From an uncultured Bacilli bacterium (GTDB taxonomy: Bacteria; Bacillota_I; Bacilli_A; RF39; UBA660), in the NCBI GenBank assembly GCA_947625535.1, contig CANQOR010000002.1:9507-73506 (forward strand): DNA of 64,000 nt, read 5' to 3'. Within the stretch, counting starts at the first letter, position 1; every line of letters starts with the position of its first letter. Position numbers and translations under genes: made by a program. This document shows positions 1 through 9,084 of the stretch, in pieces. Under the pieces are notes generated by a model that did not search any database, was not told the origin of the DNA, and saw nothing but the letters and a program-made list of their open reading frames with translations.

Positions 1-663
1 TTTGACTCCTATCAAAAACAATTTGAACCTATTAAAAGAGAAGATATGAAAAGATTAAAAGAAATTGGATTAGATAAGATAGTTTTTGATTTACAAGGAG
101 CTAGTGAAGAAACAATTAAATTATTAATGGGTAGAAATCATTTTACAATAATTGCTCAATCAATTATTAGAGCTTCTTTAGAAGGTTTAGAAACAGATGT
201 GCATTTTATACCTATGAAAAGCAATTATAAAGAATTGCCTGATTTAATAGAATTACTTAATATTGCAGAAGTTAATAATTTAAGTATCTTAAACTTTGTC
301 CCACAAGGTAGAGGAAAACTAAATGAAGATAAGATAAGATTAAGTATTGGGGAAATGGCTGAGTTTGTAGAGATATTTAAAAGATGTAAAGATCTTTTTA
401 ATGGAAATATAAGAGTAGGTATTCCTTTGATTAAAGATGATAAACATTTATGTACAGCAGGGTTAGATAAAATGGTTATTAAGTATGATGGTACTGTTTT
501 ACCTTGTCCAGCATTTAAAGAATATGATATTGAAAAATTAAATAGATTAGGAATTAAAACACCTAATATTAAAGATGATTTAGAAAGTATAGAAATACAT
601 AATGGTAGAAGAAGAGAACCGTTATGTAAAAGGTTATATAACTTTAATAGTAGTTTAATGTAA
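1..663 (+). CDS. radical SAM-family protein, C-terminal part (5' end lies outside the window)
   Basis: Frame 1 is open from base 1, with no stop before the ATG at 46. The sequence has a barrel-like alternating pattern and a C-terminal Cys cluster (HLCTAGLDK...VLPCPAF), as in radical SAM enzymes with an auxiliary-cluster domain. Confidence 0.5.
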   Translation, partial: FDSYQKQFEPIKREDMKRLKEIGLDKIVFDLQGASEETIKLLMGRNHFTIIAQSIIRASLEGLETDVHFIPMKSNYKELPDLIELLNIAEVNNLSILNFVPQGRGKLNEDKIRLSIGEMAEFVEIFKRCKDLFNGNIRVGIPLIKDDKHLCTAGLDKMVIKYDGTVLPCPAFKEYDIEKLNRLGIKTPNIKDDLESIEIHNGRRREPLCKRLYNFNSSLM

Positions 664-765
664 GTAAAAAAATTTTAAATTTTTTGAAAAAATTTAAAAA
701 TTCGACAAATTCCGACATTCTAATATGGCATAATACTTTTGTGCTAAGCTAAAGGAGGAATAAAA

Positions 766-975
766 ATGGAAAGTAAAGTAAAATGGTTTAATAATGAAAA
801 GGGATATGGTTTTATAGAATATAAGGAGAATGAAGACATATTTGTTCATTATTCGGCTATTCTGCAAGATGGATATAAAACGTTAAATCAAGGAGATAGT
901 GTTTATTTTGATTTAGTTGAAACAGAAAAAGGTTATCAAGCGAGAAACGTTCAACAAATTCATCAAACAATTTAA
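766..975 (+). CDS. csp: cold-shock protein (CspA family)
   Basis: 69 aa with [12 protein letters not shown] (RNP1-like) and DIFVHYSAI (RNP2-like) motifs. An AGGAGG RBS lies just upstream. Confidence 0.95.
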   Translation: MESKVKWFNNEKGYGFIEYKENEDIFVHYSAILQDGYKTLNQGDSVYFDLVETEKGYQARNVQQIHQTI

Positions 976-1197
976 GTACTTAAGTATTATTAAACATTAG
1001 ATAATTGATTTACGTGTATTCAAAAAAATATTTTAATGTTTAGCACAACAAGGAATTTGTAAATCATGTTTGAAGTTTAGTATTAAGTATTGTAAAAATA
1101 ACTACAAAAATGACGTAGTTATGGAATAAAGTGTACATATTTGGGTGTATGCTTTTATTTTTTATTAAAAAAATTGTAAAAAATGCAGTAAAATCTA

Positions 1198-1226
1198 TTG
1201 ACTATGGATTTTAAAACTACTATAAT
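1198..1226 (+). promoter_or_regulatory. sigma-A-type promoter candidate for the sortase-substrate operon
   Basis: TTGACT (1198-1203), 17-nt spacer, TATAAT (1221-1226). It lies inside the tracked ORF 1198, which argues against that upstream start. Confidence 0.45.
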
Positions 1227-1257
1227 AATTATAGAAATTTTGAGGAGGAGAATGGAA

Positions 1258-1776
1258 ATGAAAAAATTATTTTTATCATTACTATTAGTTGTAGGTTTAG
1301 CTGTAACTACTAATGTTAGTGCTATGACTGAAGATGAATTATTAGACAAATTAACTCAATCTTATACAATTAATGGTAGAACTGAAAAATTAGATGAAGG
1401 TGTAGTTGTACAAGTTAAGAGATATTTTGAAGAAAATGAAGTATCTTCAGATGATTGCGATTTTATCGCAGCTCAAATCGACAAAGCGGTTGCTTTAGTT
1501 GAAGATTCTGGTGCTACAAAATGGGACGAATTAACTGGTGCTCAAGTTAAAACTTTAATCGGTTATGTTGAAGAAGTTTCTAACAAAACTTCTGTAAAAG
1601 TTTCATTAAGCAAAGATGGTGTTTTAACAGTTTATGATAAAGCTGGTAAAGTATTTACTAAAGTATCTAAAAACAAAATCCAATACACTGGTTCATCTGC
1701 AGCTATTATGGTAGTTGCTGGTACAATTTCTTTAGTTGGTTTCTTAGTAATCACTAGAAAAATTGTTAAAGCTTAA
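1258..1776 (+). CDS. secreted surface protein with a C-terminal sortase-type sorting signal (non-canonical IQYTG motif)
   Basis: GAGGAGGAG RBS 7 nt before ATG 1258. Sec signal peptide MKKLFLSLLLVVGLAVTTNVSA. The C-terminus is KIQYTG + 21 hydrophobic residues + RKIVKA. Confidence 0.6.
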   Translation: MKKLFLSLLLVVGLAVTTNVSAMTEDELLDKLTQSYTINGRTEKLDEGVVVQVKRYFEENEVSSDDCDFIAAQIDKAVALVEDSGATKWDELTGAQVKTLIGYVEEVSNKTSVKVSLSKDGVLTVYDKAGKVFTKVSKNKIQYTGSSAAIMVVAGTISLVGFLVITRKIVKA

Positions 1777-1782
1777 TAGCTA

Positions 1783-2439
1783 ATGCTTAAAAAGTTAATT
1801 AAAGTTATAATAGCAATTGTTAAGCAATTAGCAATTGCTTTTTTCTTTGCAACATTTATTGTTGTATTTATCAGTGTATTTGCAAAAGATGAAATAGATA
1901 CTTTATCTTCAGTAATTAATATGATTAGTGTCGTTGAAAAAGAAGCCGAAAGAGTTGAAGTAAAATACGACACAATAAAGAAAAAATTAGCTAACTATCC
2001 ATCTTATGGAACAGTATGGGCTAAAATAATTATTCCAGATATAAATATTAACTTAGATGTTAAACATGGGGATGATCTTGCTACTATAAAAGACACAGTG
2101 GGTCATTATGCAGGTAGTTATTTCCCTGGTGAAGGTGGTACTATTATTATTCCAGGACATAATAATCGTTTCCATTTTGGGAAATTACCAAAACTTAAAG
2201 TTGGGGCACTAATAACTATTGAAGCTGATTATGGAACATTTACATATAAAGTATATAAAACCGATATTATAGGAGAATATGATGATGATAAATTACCTAT
2301 TCAAAAAGAAGAGGAAATCTTAATGCTATATACATGTTATCCTGTAAGTGGATTGGGACATAAAGATAAAAGGTTTGTTGTTTATGCTAAATTAGAAAGT
2401 GCAACATATAAAGGTGAGTCAAATGAAAAAGAAAATTAA
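1783..2439 (+). CDS. sortase (transpeptidase) with N-terminal membrane anchor
   Basis: N-terminal TM helix, catalytic His context IIIPGHNNRF, and catalytic Cys in LMLYTCYP (TLxTC-like). It lies directly downstream of the putative substrate gene. Confidence 0.8.
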   Translation: MLKKLIKVIIAIVKQLAIAFFFATFIVVFISVFAKDEIDTLSSVINMISVVEKEAERVEVKYDTIKKKLANYPSYGTVWAKIIIPDININLDVKHGDDLATIKDTVGHYAGSYFPGEGGTIIIPGHNNRFHFGKLPKLKVGALITIEADYGTFTYKVYKTDIIGEYDDDKLPIQKEEEILMLYTCYPVSGLGHKDKRFVVYAKLESATYKGESNEKEN

Positions 2440-3241
2440 AATAATATTTTATTATCTTTTAGAACTCCTTTTATCAGTTGTCTTATTTGGTTTTATAGCT
2501 TTAGTAGTTGTTAAAATAACAATGTATGATTCTAATTATGTAAAACAAAAATTTGAAGAAAATAATTACTATCATAATGTAAGTTTATCTATTCAAGATG
2601 AAATGTCTAAATATATAGTTCAATCTGGATTCCCTGATGATATTTTAAAAGATATTTATACTGAAGAAGAAATAAAAAATAGTATTAATGAAATGATTGA
2701 TGCTATATATGATAAAGATAAGGAAGTAACTATTGATAGTAGTGTAGTTAAAGATAAATTATCAAGCAATATAAATGATTATCTTTTAAGTAATAACTTA
2801 AAAGCAGAAGATCAAGCTGCTATAGATAGATTTATTAAACAAATGACAGATATTTATGAAAATGAAATTAGTATTTCTAATATAGTTAAAACTGTTGATA
2901 AGATTATTGGTAAAACACAAAAATTAGTTGCCATAGGTATAATAGGTTTATTTGTTTTAGGAGCAATATTAATTGTTATTATAAAATTTATCTTTAAACA
3001 AAATGCTTTATCAATACCTTTCTTAGTTATAGGTTTATTATTCTTATTTATAATTCTTTATATTAATGAACATATAAGTGTCGAATATATAAATATATGG
3101 GATAGTAATATGTCTAGTTTAATTAAGAATATATTTAATGATGTAATGCTTAAATTTAAGAATATTTATATTATTTTCTTAATATTAGGTATTGTAGATA
3201 CAATAATATATAAATTGTTTTCAAAAAGGAAAAATATTTAA
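2423..3241 (+). CDS. membrane protein of unknown function
   Basis: Start moved to MKKKIKIIF (ATG 2423). One N-terminal TM helix and three or more C-terminal TM helices. No recognisable motif. Confidence 0.5.
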   Translation: MKKKIKIIFYYLLELLLSVVLFGFIALVVVKITMYDSNYVKQKFEENNYYHNVSLSIQDEMSKYIVQSGFPDDILKDIYTEEEIKNSINEMIDAIYDKDKEVTIDSSVVKDKLSSNINDYLLSNNLKAEDQAAIDRFIKQMTDIYENEISISNIVKTVDKIIGKTQKLVAIGIIGLFVLGAILIVIIKFIFKQNALSIPFLVIGLLFLFIILYINEHISVEYINIWDSNMSSLIKNIFNDVMLKFKNIYIIFLILGIVDTIIYKLFSKRKNI

Positions 3242-3257
3242 TTTTCCTTTTTATTTT
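3225..3257 (+). terminator. intrinsic terminator
   Basis: Stem aaaggaaaa (3225-3233) / ttttccttt (3242-3250), followed by a T-rich tract. It overlaps the stop codon of the upstream gene. Confidence 0.5.
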
Positions 3258-3307
3258 GACAAAATAGTAAATTCGTATTAAGATAACAATATGAAAGGAA
3301 GATTACT

Positions 3308-3367
3308 ATGTTAAAAATATGTAATTTACATGTACATCATCATAATAATCGACACTTGTTTAAATAA
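3308..3367 (+). CDS. candidate His-rich leader peptide MLKICNLHVHHHNNRHLFK
   Basis: AAAGGAAG RBS (3294-3301) 6 nt before ATG 3308. The 19-codon ORF has 5 His codons (4 within a 5-codon stretch) and stops with TAA at 3365-3367. Confidence 0.5.
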   Translation: MLKICNLHVHHHNNRHLFK

Positions 3368-3459
3368 CAATCGTTATGGTAACAAGTGTTATTTGTGATG
3401 CTTGTTACTTGTATAATTTTAATATTTAAGAACTATACAAGGATGTATAGTTCTTTTTT
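3351..3459 (+). promoter_or_regulatory. transcription attenuator candidate upstream of hisS (chain of mutually exclusive helices ending in a terminator)
   Basis: Hand-paired segments: A 3351-3360 with B 3381-3390; B 3379-3389 with C 3398-3408; C 3408-3415 with D 3434-3441; D 3428-3439 with E 3444-3455. The last pair is a 12-bp stem with a 4-nt loop followed by TTTT. Confidence 0.5.
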
Positions 3460-3497
3460 AGTAATAAGCATTAAAAATTATAGAAAGAGGGATTTAT

Positions 3498-4808
3498 ATG
3501 ATAATACAAAATGTAAAAGGTGGTTATGATTTTTTACCTAAACAACAAAAAATTAGAAATTATATTAATGGAGTATTAAAAGAAACTTTTGAAAATTATG
3601 GTTATAAACCAATAGAAACACCAATATTATGCTATTTTGATATGTTAGCTGGTAAATATGATGAAAATAATGATATTTTAAATGAAATATATAAATTAAC
3701 AGATCAAGGTAATAGAAAGTTAGGTTTACGTTATGATTTAACAGTACCATTTGCGAAGTTTATTGCTTTAAATAAGAATGAAATTAAATTACCATTTAAA
3801 AGATATGAAATAAATAAAGTATTTAGAGATGGACCAGTTAAAGTAGGAAGAGATAGAGAATTTACCCAATGTGATGTTGATGTAGTAGGTTTAGAAGACC
3901 AAATGATAGAAGTAGAATTATTATCGCTTTATGTAAAAGCTTTTACTAAATTAAATATTGAAATAATTATTAAATTCAATAGTCGTAATTTAATGAAGGG
4001 TTTAATAAAAGAAGTAAATGTTAAAGAAGAATTAATACCTAGTACGATAACTATTTTAGATAAATTAGATAAATATACTAAAGAAGAACTAACTAATGAA
4101 TTAATGACTTTGGATTTAAATAAAAAACAAATTAAATCATTATTAAACTACTTTACTTTATCTTTAGAAGAATTAAATAATAAATTTAAAGAAACAAGTA
4201 ATGAATATATTATAAAAGGTTTAGAAGAATTAAATAATTTAAATAAATATATTAAATATTTAAAATTAGATGAATATTGTGTATTTACTTCATCTTTAGC
4301 TAGAGGACAAGATTATTATACTGGAAATGTGTTTGAGGTGTATGAAAAAAATGGTAAATTAAAGGGTGCTATTGGTGGAGGTGGTCGTTATGATAAAATG
4401 ATTACAGAATTTATAGATGATGGAACTGTTTATCCAGCTGTAGGGATTAGTTTTGGTTTAACATCAATTTATGAATTATTAAAAGAAGATGAATCTTTAA
4501 ATAAAAATAGTAATATAGATATTTATATTATACCTTTAAATACAAAGTATGAAAGTTTAGAATTAGCAAGTAAGTTAAGAGATTATAATATAAATATTGA
4601 TATAGAAATGGAAGATAAAAAGATTAAGAAAAGTTTAGATTATTGTAATAAAGAAGAAATTCCATATGTCATAATTTTAGGAGAAGATGAAATAAATAAT
4701 AAAGTATTTAAATTAAAAGATATGAATAAAAAAATAGAATATGAAATTAAAATGGATGGCTTAGAAAAGGTCCAAAGGATTATAAAAAACTTAACATTTG
4801 AAAAATAA
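3498..4808 (+). CDS. hisS: histidyl-tRNA synthetase
   Basis: Class II aaRS motifs (FRDGPVKVGRDREFTQCDVDVVG; GGGGRYD motif 3) plus a C-terminal anticodon-binding-type domain, so HisS rather than HisZ. GAGGG RBS. Confidence 0.9.
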   Translation: MIIQNVKGGYDFLPKQQKIRNYINGVLKETFENYGYKPIETPILCYFDMLAGKYDENNDILNEIYKLTDQGNRKLGLRYDLTVPFAKFIALNKNEIKLPFKRYEINKVFRDGPVKVGRDREFTQCDVDVVGLEDQMIEVELLSLYVKAFTKLNIEIIIKFNSRNLMKGLIKEVNVKEELIPSTITILDKLDKYTKEELTNELMTLDLNKKQIKSLLNYFTLSLEELNNKFKETSNEYIIKGLEELNNLNKYIKYLKLDEYCVFTSSLARGQDYYTGNVFEVYEKNGKLKGAIGGGGRYDKMITEFIDDGTVYPAVGISFGLTSIYELLKEDESLNKNSNIDIYIIPLNTKYESLELASKLRDYNINIDIEMEDKKIKKSLDYCNKEEIPYVIILGEDEINNKVFKLKDMNKKIEYEIKMDGLEKVQRIIKNLTFEK

Positions 4809-4838
4809 TTGTTATAATACATTAAAGGTGATTATAAT

Positions 4839-5438
4839 ATGTCTAAGATATCTAATGTAATAACAATGCTTAATTTACTTAGTTCAGGTCGTAAATATAG
4901 TATTAAAGAATTAGCTTCTAAATTAGAAGTAACTGAAAGAATGGTTAGAATATATAAAGAAGAGTTAGATAAAGCAGGAATATTCATAGATACTATTATG
5001 GGACCTTATGGCGGTTATGTATTAAATAAGACGATTAGAATGCCTTTACGTAAGTTTAAAATAAGTGATTATGAAATATTAGATAAATATATAAAAGAGG
5101 AAAATGATTTAAATAAGAAAGAAGAATTAATTTTATTACAAGATAAAATAAAAGGTCTTTATATAGAAAATAAACAAGAAAAGAATGAATTAAGTTTAAA
5201 TAATGAATTACAAAATAAATATAATATTTTAACAAGAGCCATTAAAGAAAGAAGAAAAGTTAAAATAAAATATTATTCATTTACTAAGGGAGAACATGAA
5301 AGAATAATATGTCCTGCTGAAATGTTTTTATTTCAAGATGGTTGGTATTGTGCAGCTTTTTGTTTATTACGTAATGATATTAGACATTTTGAACTTAATA
5401 GAATTATTAATTGTGAATTATTAAAAGAAAAATATTAA
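4839..5438 (+). CDS. HTH + WYL-domain transcriptional regulator
   Basis: N-terminal HTH (KYSIKELASKLEVTERMVRIYKEEL). C-terminal WYL-like segment (FQDGWYCAAFCLLRNDIRHFELNRI). Confidence 0.75.
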   Translation: MSKISNVITMLNLLSSGRKYSIKELASKLEVTERMVRIYKEELDKAGIFIDTIMGPYGGYVLNKTIRMPLRKFKISDYEILDKYIKEENDLNKKEELILLQDKIKGLYIENKQEKNELSLNNELQNKYNILTRAIKERRKVKIKYYSFTKGEHERIICPAEMFLFQDGWYCAAFCLLRNDIRHFELNRIINCELLKEKY

Positions 5439-5445
5439 GTAGACA

Positions 5446-5493
5446 AAATACTTCCTATATAGAACTTATTATTAAGTTATAGGAAGTATTTTT
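5446..5493 (+). terminator. intrinsic terminator (long-loop hairpin)
   Basis: 14-bp stem aaatacttcctata (5446-5459) / tataggaagtattt (5478-5491) with a T-rich 3' end. Confidence 0.45.
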
Positions 5494-5507
5494 AAGGAGA
5501 AAGTAAA

Positions 5508-6113
5508 ATGGAAAATATTGTATATGTAACTAGTAATAAAGGAAAGTATGAATCTGTTAAAAGAAAGTTTAATAGTTTAGATTTACCTATTGATTTTATG
5601 ATGGCTGATTTAGAAGAACCTCTTATAAATGATATTGAATTTATATCAAGAGAAAAAGTTAAAGAAGCTTATGGGATGGTAGGAAGACCTTGTTTTGTAG
5701 CAGATAGTGGTTTTTATATTAAAAATTATCCTGGTAATCCAGGATATCCAGGAGCTTTTGTTAAAAGAAGCGGAATAAGTACTAATATAGATAATTTATT
5801 AATAACTTTAAAAGATGTTGATGATAGAGAAGCTTGCTTTTTAGACTGTTTAACTTTTTATGATGGAAATGAGTATTATACTTTTTTTGGTCGTACTAAT
5901 GGAATAATTACAAAAGAAAAAAGGGGAGAACATATGCAGATAGCTAAATCGAATTTATGGTATGTTTTTGTACCACAAGGTAGTAATAAAACTTTAGCAG
6001 AGATGACTGATGAAGAAAGAGATAAACCATGTTATAAAGCAACATCAGCAACTTTAGAATTTGCTTTATGGTATAAAAATGAATATATGAAACAAATGAA
6101 ATTAAAAAGATAA
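5508..6113 (+). CDS. Ham1/ITPase-family non-canonical NTP pyrophosphatase-like protein (divergent)
   Basis: N-terminal VTSNKGK and central FVADSGFYI...PGYPGAF resemble the Ham1 TGNxxK and DDSGL...PG motifs. The C-terminal half is divergent. Confidence 0.55.
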   Translation: MENIVYVTSNKGKYESVKRKFNSLDLPIDFMMADLEEPLINDIEFISREKVKEAYGMVGRPCFVADSGFYIKNYPGNPGYPGAFVKRSGISTNIDNLLITLKDVDDREACFLDCLTFYDGNEYYTFFGRTNGIITKEKRGEHMQIAKSNLWYVFVPQGSNKTLAEMTDEERDKPCYKATSATLEFALWYKNEYMKQMKLKR

Positions 6114-6123
6114 ATCGATTGAT

Positions 6124-6951
6124 TTATCTTTTTAATAATTTAGAAAGTGCTTGTTTAATTTTTTTACTTAATGTTAATGGTTGTTCCTTTTGTTTAGAAG
6201 TTTTTTCTTTGGCTTCTTTTTCTTCAGGAGTAATAATTCTAAAGGTTGTAATAAAATATTTTTGATCATCACTTAATTTAGTAGTTTTTTCAAAGTCACC
6301 AAAGAATTCATTCTTTTCAAGATTATTAGTAATTAGTAAACTATCAGCAGATTGTAATAAACCTAAAGGAAGTATTTCTGATTTACTTAATATTTCACCG
6401 TCATTACGATATAAAAGCATTTGTAAAGGATTAAGACCTTGAGCAATAGTATAAGGGAAACTATTATTAGTATCACTTTTTAATTTGAAACCATCACTAT
6501 CGGGTACTTCAGGAATAGGCATAGTCATATACCCTTGTTTAAGCCATAGAATAGGTGGTAAAGAATGAAACTTATAATCTAGTAAATCGTGTTTTTCTTT
6601 TAAATCATAGTGATTTTTTCTTTCGCTTTCTGGATAAGCATTAAACTTAGAAGCGATACTATTCATTTCATCAGAAATAGCTTGACCATGAGAAATAAGT
6701 TCTTCTTCAGTCATATGACGATAAAATTTATAATCAACAATCCAATCGGCATTTTTAAAAAAAGCAATTGCAATTGGATCTGTAAAACGAATAAATTCCC
6801 ATCTGTTTTGATCATTTATAATTAATGGTTTAGAAAAAACTTGAGTAAAAATACAGGCTGGTATAGGTAGATCACTTCTAGTAAGCATTCCTAAATCATT
6901 TAACGCAACATATACAACTTCTTTATCGTCTTCTTTATTAAATATTTTCAT
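6124..6951 (-). CDS. hypothetical protein
   Basis: 275-aa ORF with a GGAGA RBS. No motif recognised. Confidence 0.5.
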   Translation of the reverse strand: MKIFNKEDDKEVVYVALNDLGMLTRSDLPIPACIFTQVFSKPLIINDQNRWEFIRFTDPIAIAFFKNADWIVDYKFYRHMTEEELISHGQAISDEMNSIASKFNAYPESERKNHYDLKEKHDLLDYKFHSLPPILWLKQGYMTMPIPEVPDSDGFKLKSDTNNSFPYTIAQGLNPLQMLLYRNDGEILSKSEILPLGLLQSADSLLITNNLEKNEFFGDFEKTTKLSDDQKYFITTFRIITPEEKEAKEKTSKQKEQPLTLSKKIKQALSKLLKR

Positions 6952-7062
6952 ATAAATTTCTCCCTGTTTCTATATAATAACATAAAAATATAATTTTAAA
7001 ATAAATATTTCTTCTTTATCTAAGACTTTTTGTTATAATAAAATATGAATTGGAGGATTAGT

Positions 7063-7638
7063 ATGCAAGAGATTATTAATAAAGTTTATGAAGAGGTTAA
7101 AGGTAGATGTGAAGCAAAGACAAATTTTTATGGTATGGGAGCGTGGGATCATCACATAGAACTTGTTTATAAACTAGCAATTAAGAACTATAAAAAATAT
7201 AATGCTTCTAAAGAAATAGTTGCTCTTGCAGCTTTATTGCATGATGTAGCTTCCGTAACAAATAAAGATTATACAGAAGAACATCATATAATAGGAGCAC
7301 AAATAGCGGAAGAATTATTGAATGAATATGGTTTAGAAAAAGATACAATAGAACTGATAAAAAAATGTATTTTAAATCATCGTGGTAGTCGTTTAGTTAA
7401 GAAAACAACACCGGAAGAAATATGTATTGCTGATTGTGATGCAATGGCTCATTTTTATAGTATTCCATCTCTTTTAGAAATGGTATATGTGGAAAAGAAA
7501 TTAAGTATTGATGAAGGAGCTAAATTTGTCTTAGATAAATTAACTAGAAGTTATAATAAATTAAGTGAGCAAGGTAAAAAATTAGTAGATAAAAGATTTG
7601 AAGCTGCCAAATTATTTTTAGCTAATGAGATAAATTAA
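7063..7638 (+). CDS. HD-domain phosphohydrolase
   Basis: Start set at ATG 7063 after a GGAGGA RBS. Contains H...HD metal-binding residues (DHHIELV, LLHDVAS) and a later HRGSR. Confidence 0.75.
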   Translation: MQEIINKVYEEVKGRCEAKTNFYGMGAWDHHIELVYKLAIKNYKKYNASKEIVALAALLHDVASVTNKDYTEEHHIIGAQIAEELLNEYGLEKDTIELIKKCILNHRGSRLVKKTTPEEICIADCDAMAHFYSIPSLLEMVYVEKKLSIDEGAKFVLDKLTRSYNKLSEQGKKLVDKRFEAAKLFLANEIN

Positions 7639-7699
7639 TAAAATACTCTATGATAAAATTAATAAAAATGATAAAATTATTTAAAGAAGATGATGAATA

Positions 7700-8584
7700 G
7701 TGAAAAGAAAATTTAAAAATATTACAGTACCTTATTTATATTATAATGAAAAAGGAAATTATACTTGTTATATTTTAAATGATAAAGAATATAGGGATTT
7801 AAATAAGTTATTTAATGACTTTGTTGGCTTTTATTTAACTTATCATTTTGAAGTAAAGGAAAAAGAAATAGAAGTACATAATCTTAGTGATGTCTTAGAA
7901 GCTTTAATTAAAAATACAGATACTTTTAAGATAGCTAAAAAGTATCGTGATGAATATAGTAATGAAGAATGGGATTATATTCATGATTTACAAAAAGCTA
8001 TTATAAATAATAAATTAATGATAGCTTATGATAAAGAAAGAGTATTTAGATTAAAAGATTATCCTAATAGAAGAGCTTTTAATTATGCTAAGGAAATATA
8101 TAATAAGTATGCTAAAGTAGTAGTACCTAAAAAGATTCATTCTAAAGAATATAATAACGATTATTTTGTATGTGGGGGAGATTACTATGAATCTATTTAT
8201 CATGCATTAGATGCAGTATATGATAATAATTTATACTATCAATATGGTGGCTCTAGATCAGAAAATAATCGTAATCATTTACATGCTCATTCTTTTGATA
8301 GTTTAATACATATGTTGTTTACGAATAATGATAAATTTAAGATTCATGTTTTTCAAAGACAATATTATAGTGAACAAGAATTAACTTTTTTAACTAAGTT
8401 AGCTGATAAACTAAAAGAAATGAAGTTTCATAGTGTTCCATATGTACCTGATAATGAAGAAGATGAAGAATTTAATTATTTAACGGATAATAAAAAATAT
8501 ATTCAATTATTTATTCATAATTTAAAATGGCGTAAGTTTAATAAAGATTATGAAGATGCTGTTTTAGAAAGTCATAAAATATAA
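7700..8584 (+). CDS. hypothetical protein
   Basis: 294-aa ORF with a GTG start. No motif recognised. Confidence 0.45.
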   Translation: MKRKFKNITVPYLYYNEKGNYTCYILNDKEYRDLNKLFNDFVGFYLTYHFEVKEKEIEVHNLSDVLEALIKNTDTFKIAKKYRDEYSNEEWDYIHDLQKAIINNKLMIAYDKERVFRLKDYPNRRAFNYAKEIYNKYAKVVVPKKIHSKEYNNDYFVCGGDYYESIYHALDAVYDNNLYYQYGGSRSENNRNHLHAHSFDSLIHMLFTNNDKFKIHVFQRQYYSEQELTFLTKLADKLKEMKFHSVPYVPDNEEDEEFNYLTDNKKYIQLFIHNLKWRKFNKDYEDAVLESHKI

Positions 8585-8591
8585 AGAATTA

Positions 8592-8616
8592 ATAAGTACT
8601 TAGTACTTATTTTTTT
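8592..8616 (+). terminator. intrinsic terminator
   Basis: Stem ataagtac / gtacttat with a 3-nt loop, followed by TTTTTT. Confidence 0.6.
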
Positions 8617-8642
8617 GTAAATAAAAAATGGGATAAACCCAT

Positions 8643-8969
8643 TTATTTAATAATGTCTTTAATACATTCTTTTAATTGTTTAGCATCTTTACCAAAGATT
8701 ATTTTTAATTGATTTTCTATTTCAACAATACCTTTAGCACCTAGTTTTTGAATGCCAGCTTTATCGACGATAGATACATCTTTTAAAATAACCTTAAAAC
8801 GAGACATATTACATTCGGCATTTATGATGTTATCTTTACCACCTAAGTATTTAATTAATTTATTTACTTCTGATGAAAAATCTTTATGATTTAATTTTAG
8901 CACTATTAAAGATATAATAATTAGTACTAGTAATATTACAACATATTGAATCCATTCCATTTTTATCAC
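8643..8969 (-). CDS. membrane-anchored PTS EIIB-like domain protein
   Basis: N-terminal TM helix, then YLGGKDNIINAECNMSRFKVILKD, which resembles the glucose-family EIIB signature (LGGxxNI...C.TRLR). Confidence 0.55.
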   Translation of the reverse strand: MIKMEWIQYVVILLVLIIISLIVLKLNHKDFSSEVNKLIKYLGGKDNIINAECNMSRFKVILKDVSIVDKAGIQKLGAKGIVEIENQLKIIFGKDAKQLKECIKDIIK

Positions 8970-9084
8970 CTGTTATTTAATTATACTATATCTTTTAAAA
9001 AAATAAAAGTCTTTACAAAATAGCACTATTTTTTAAAAGAAACATAAATTAATAGTGAGATATATGTATGAAAGGGTGAGATAT

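Noticed and set aside
663-765. AT-only palindrome and ttcgaca/tccgaca direct repeat upstream of csp
   Set aside because: The pairing is purely A/T and the region is plausibly just a promoter UP-element with an extended -10 (TGgCATAAT). There is not enough to call an operator or RNA element.
1198-1257. Upstream start (ATG 1198) for the sortase-substrate gene
   Set aside because: That segment contains the TTGACT-17-TATAAT promoter and the strong GAGGAGGAG RBS that serves ATG 1258. The signal peptide begins at MKKLF.
3242-3497. T-box riboswitch upstream of hisS
   Set aside because: The leader is only about 240 nt. I could not find the conserved T-box sequence (AAnnnGGGTGGTACCGCG-like) or a specifier-loop architecture. 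A His-rich mini-ORF plus alternative hairpins fits the region better.
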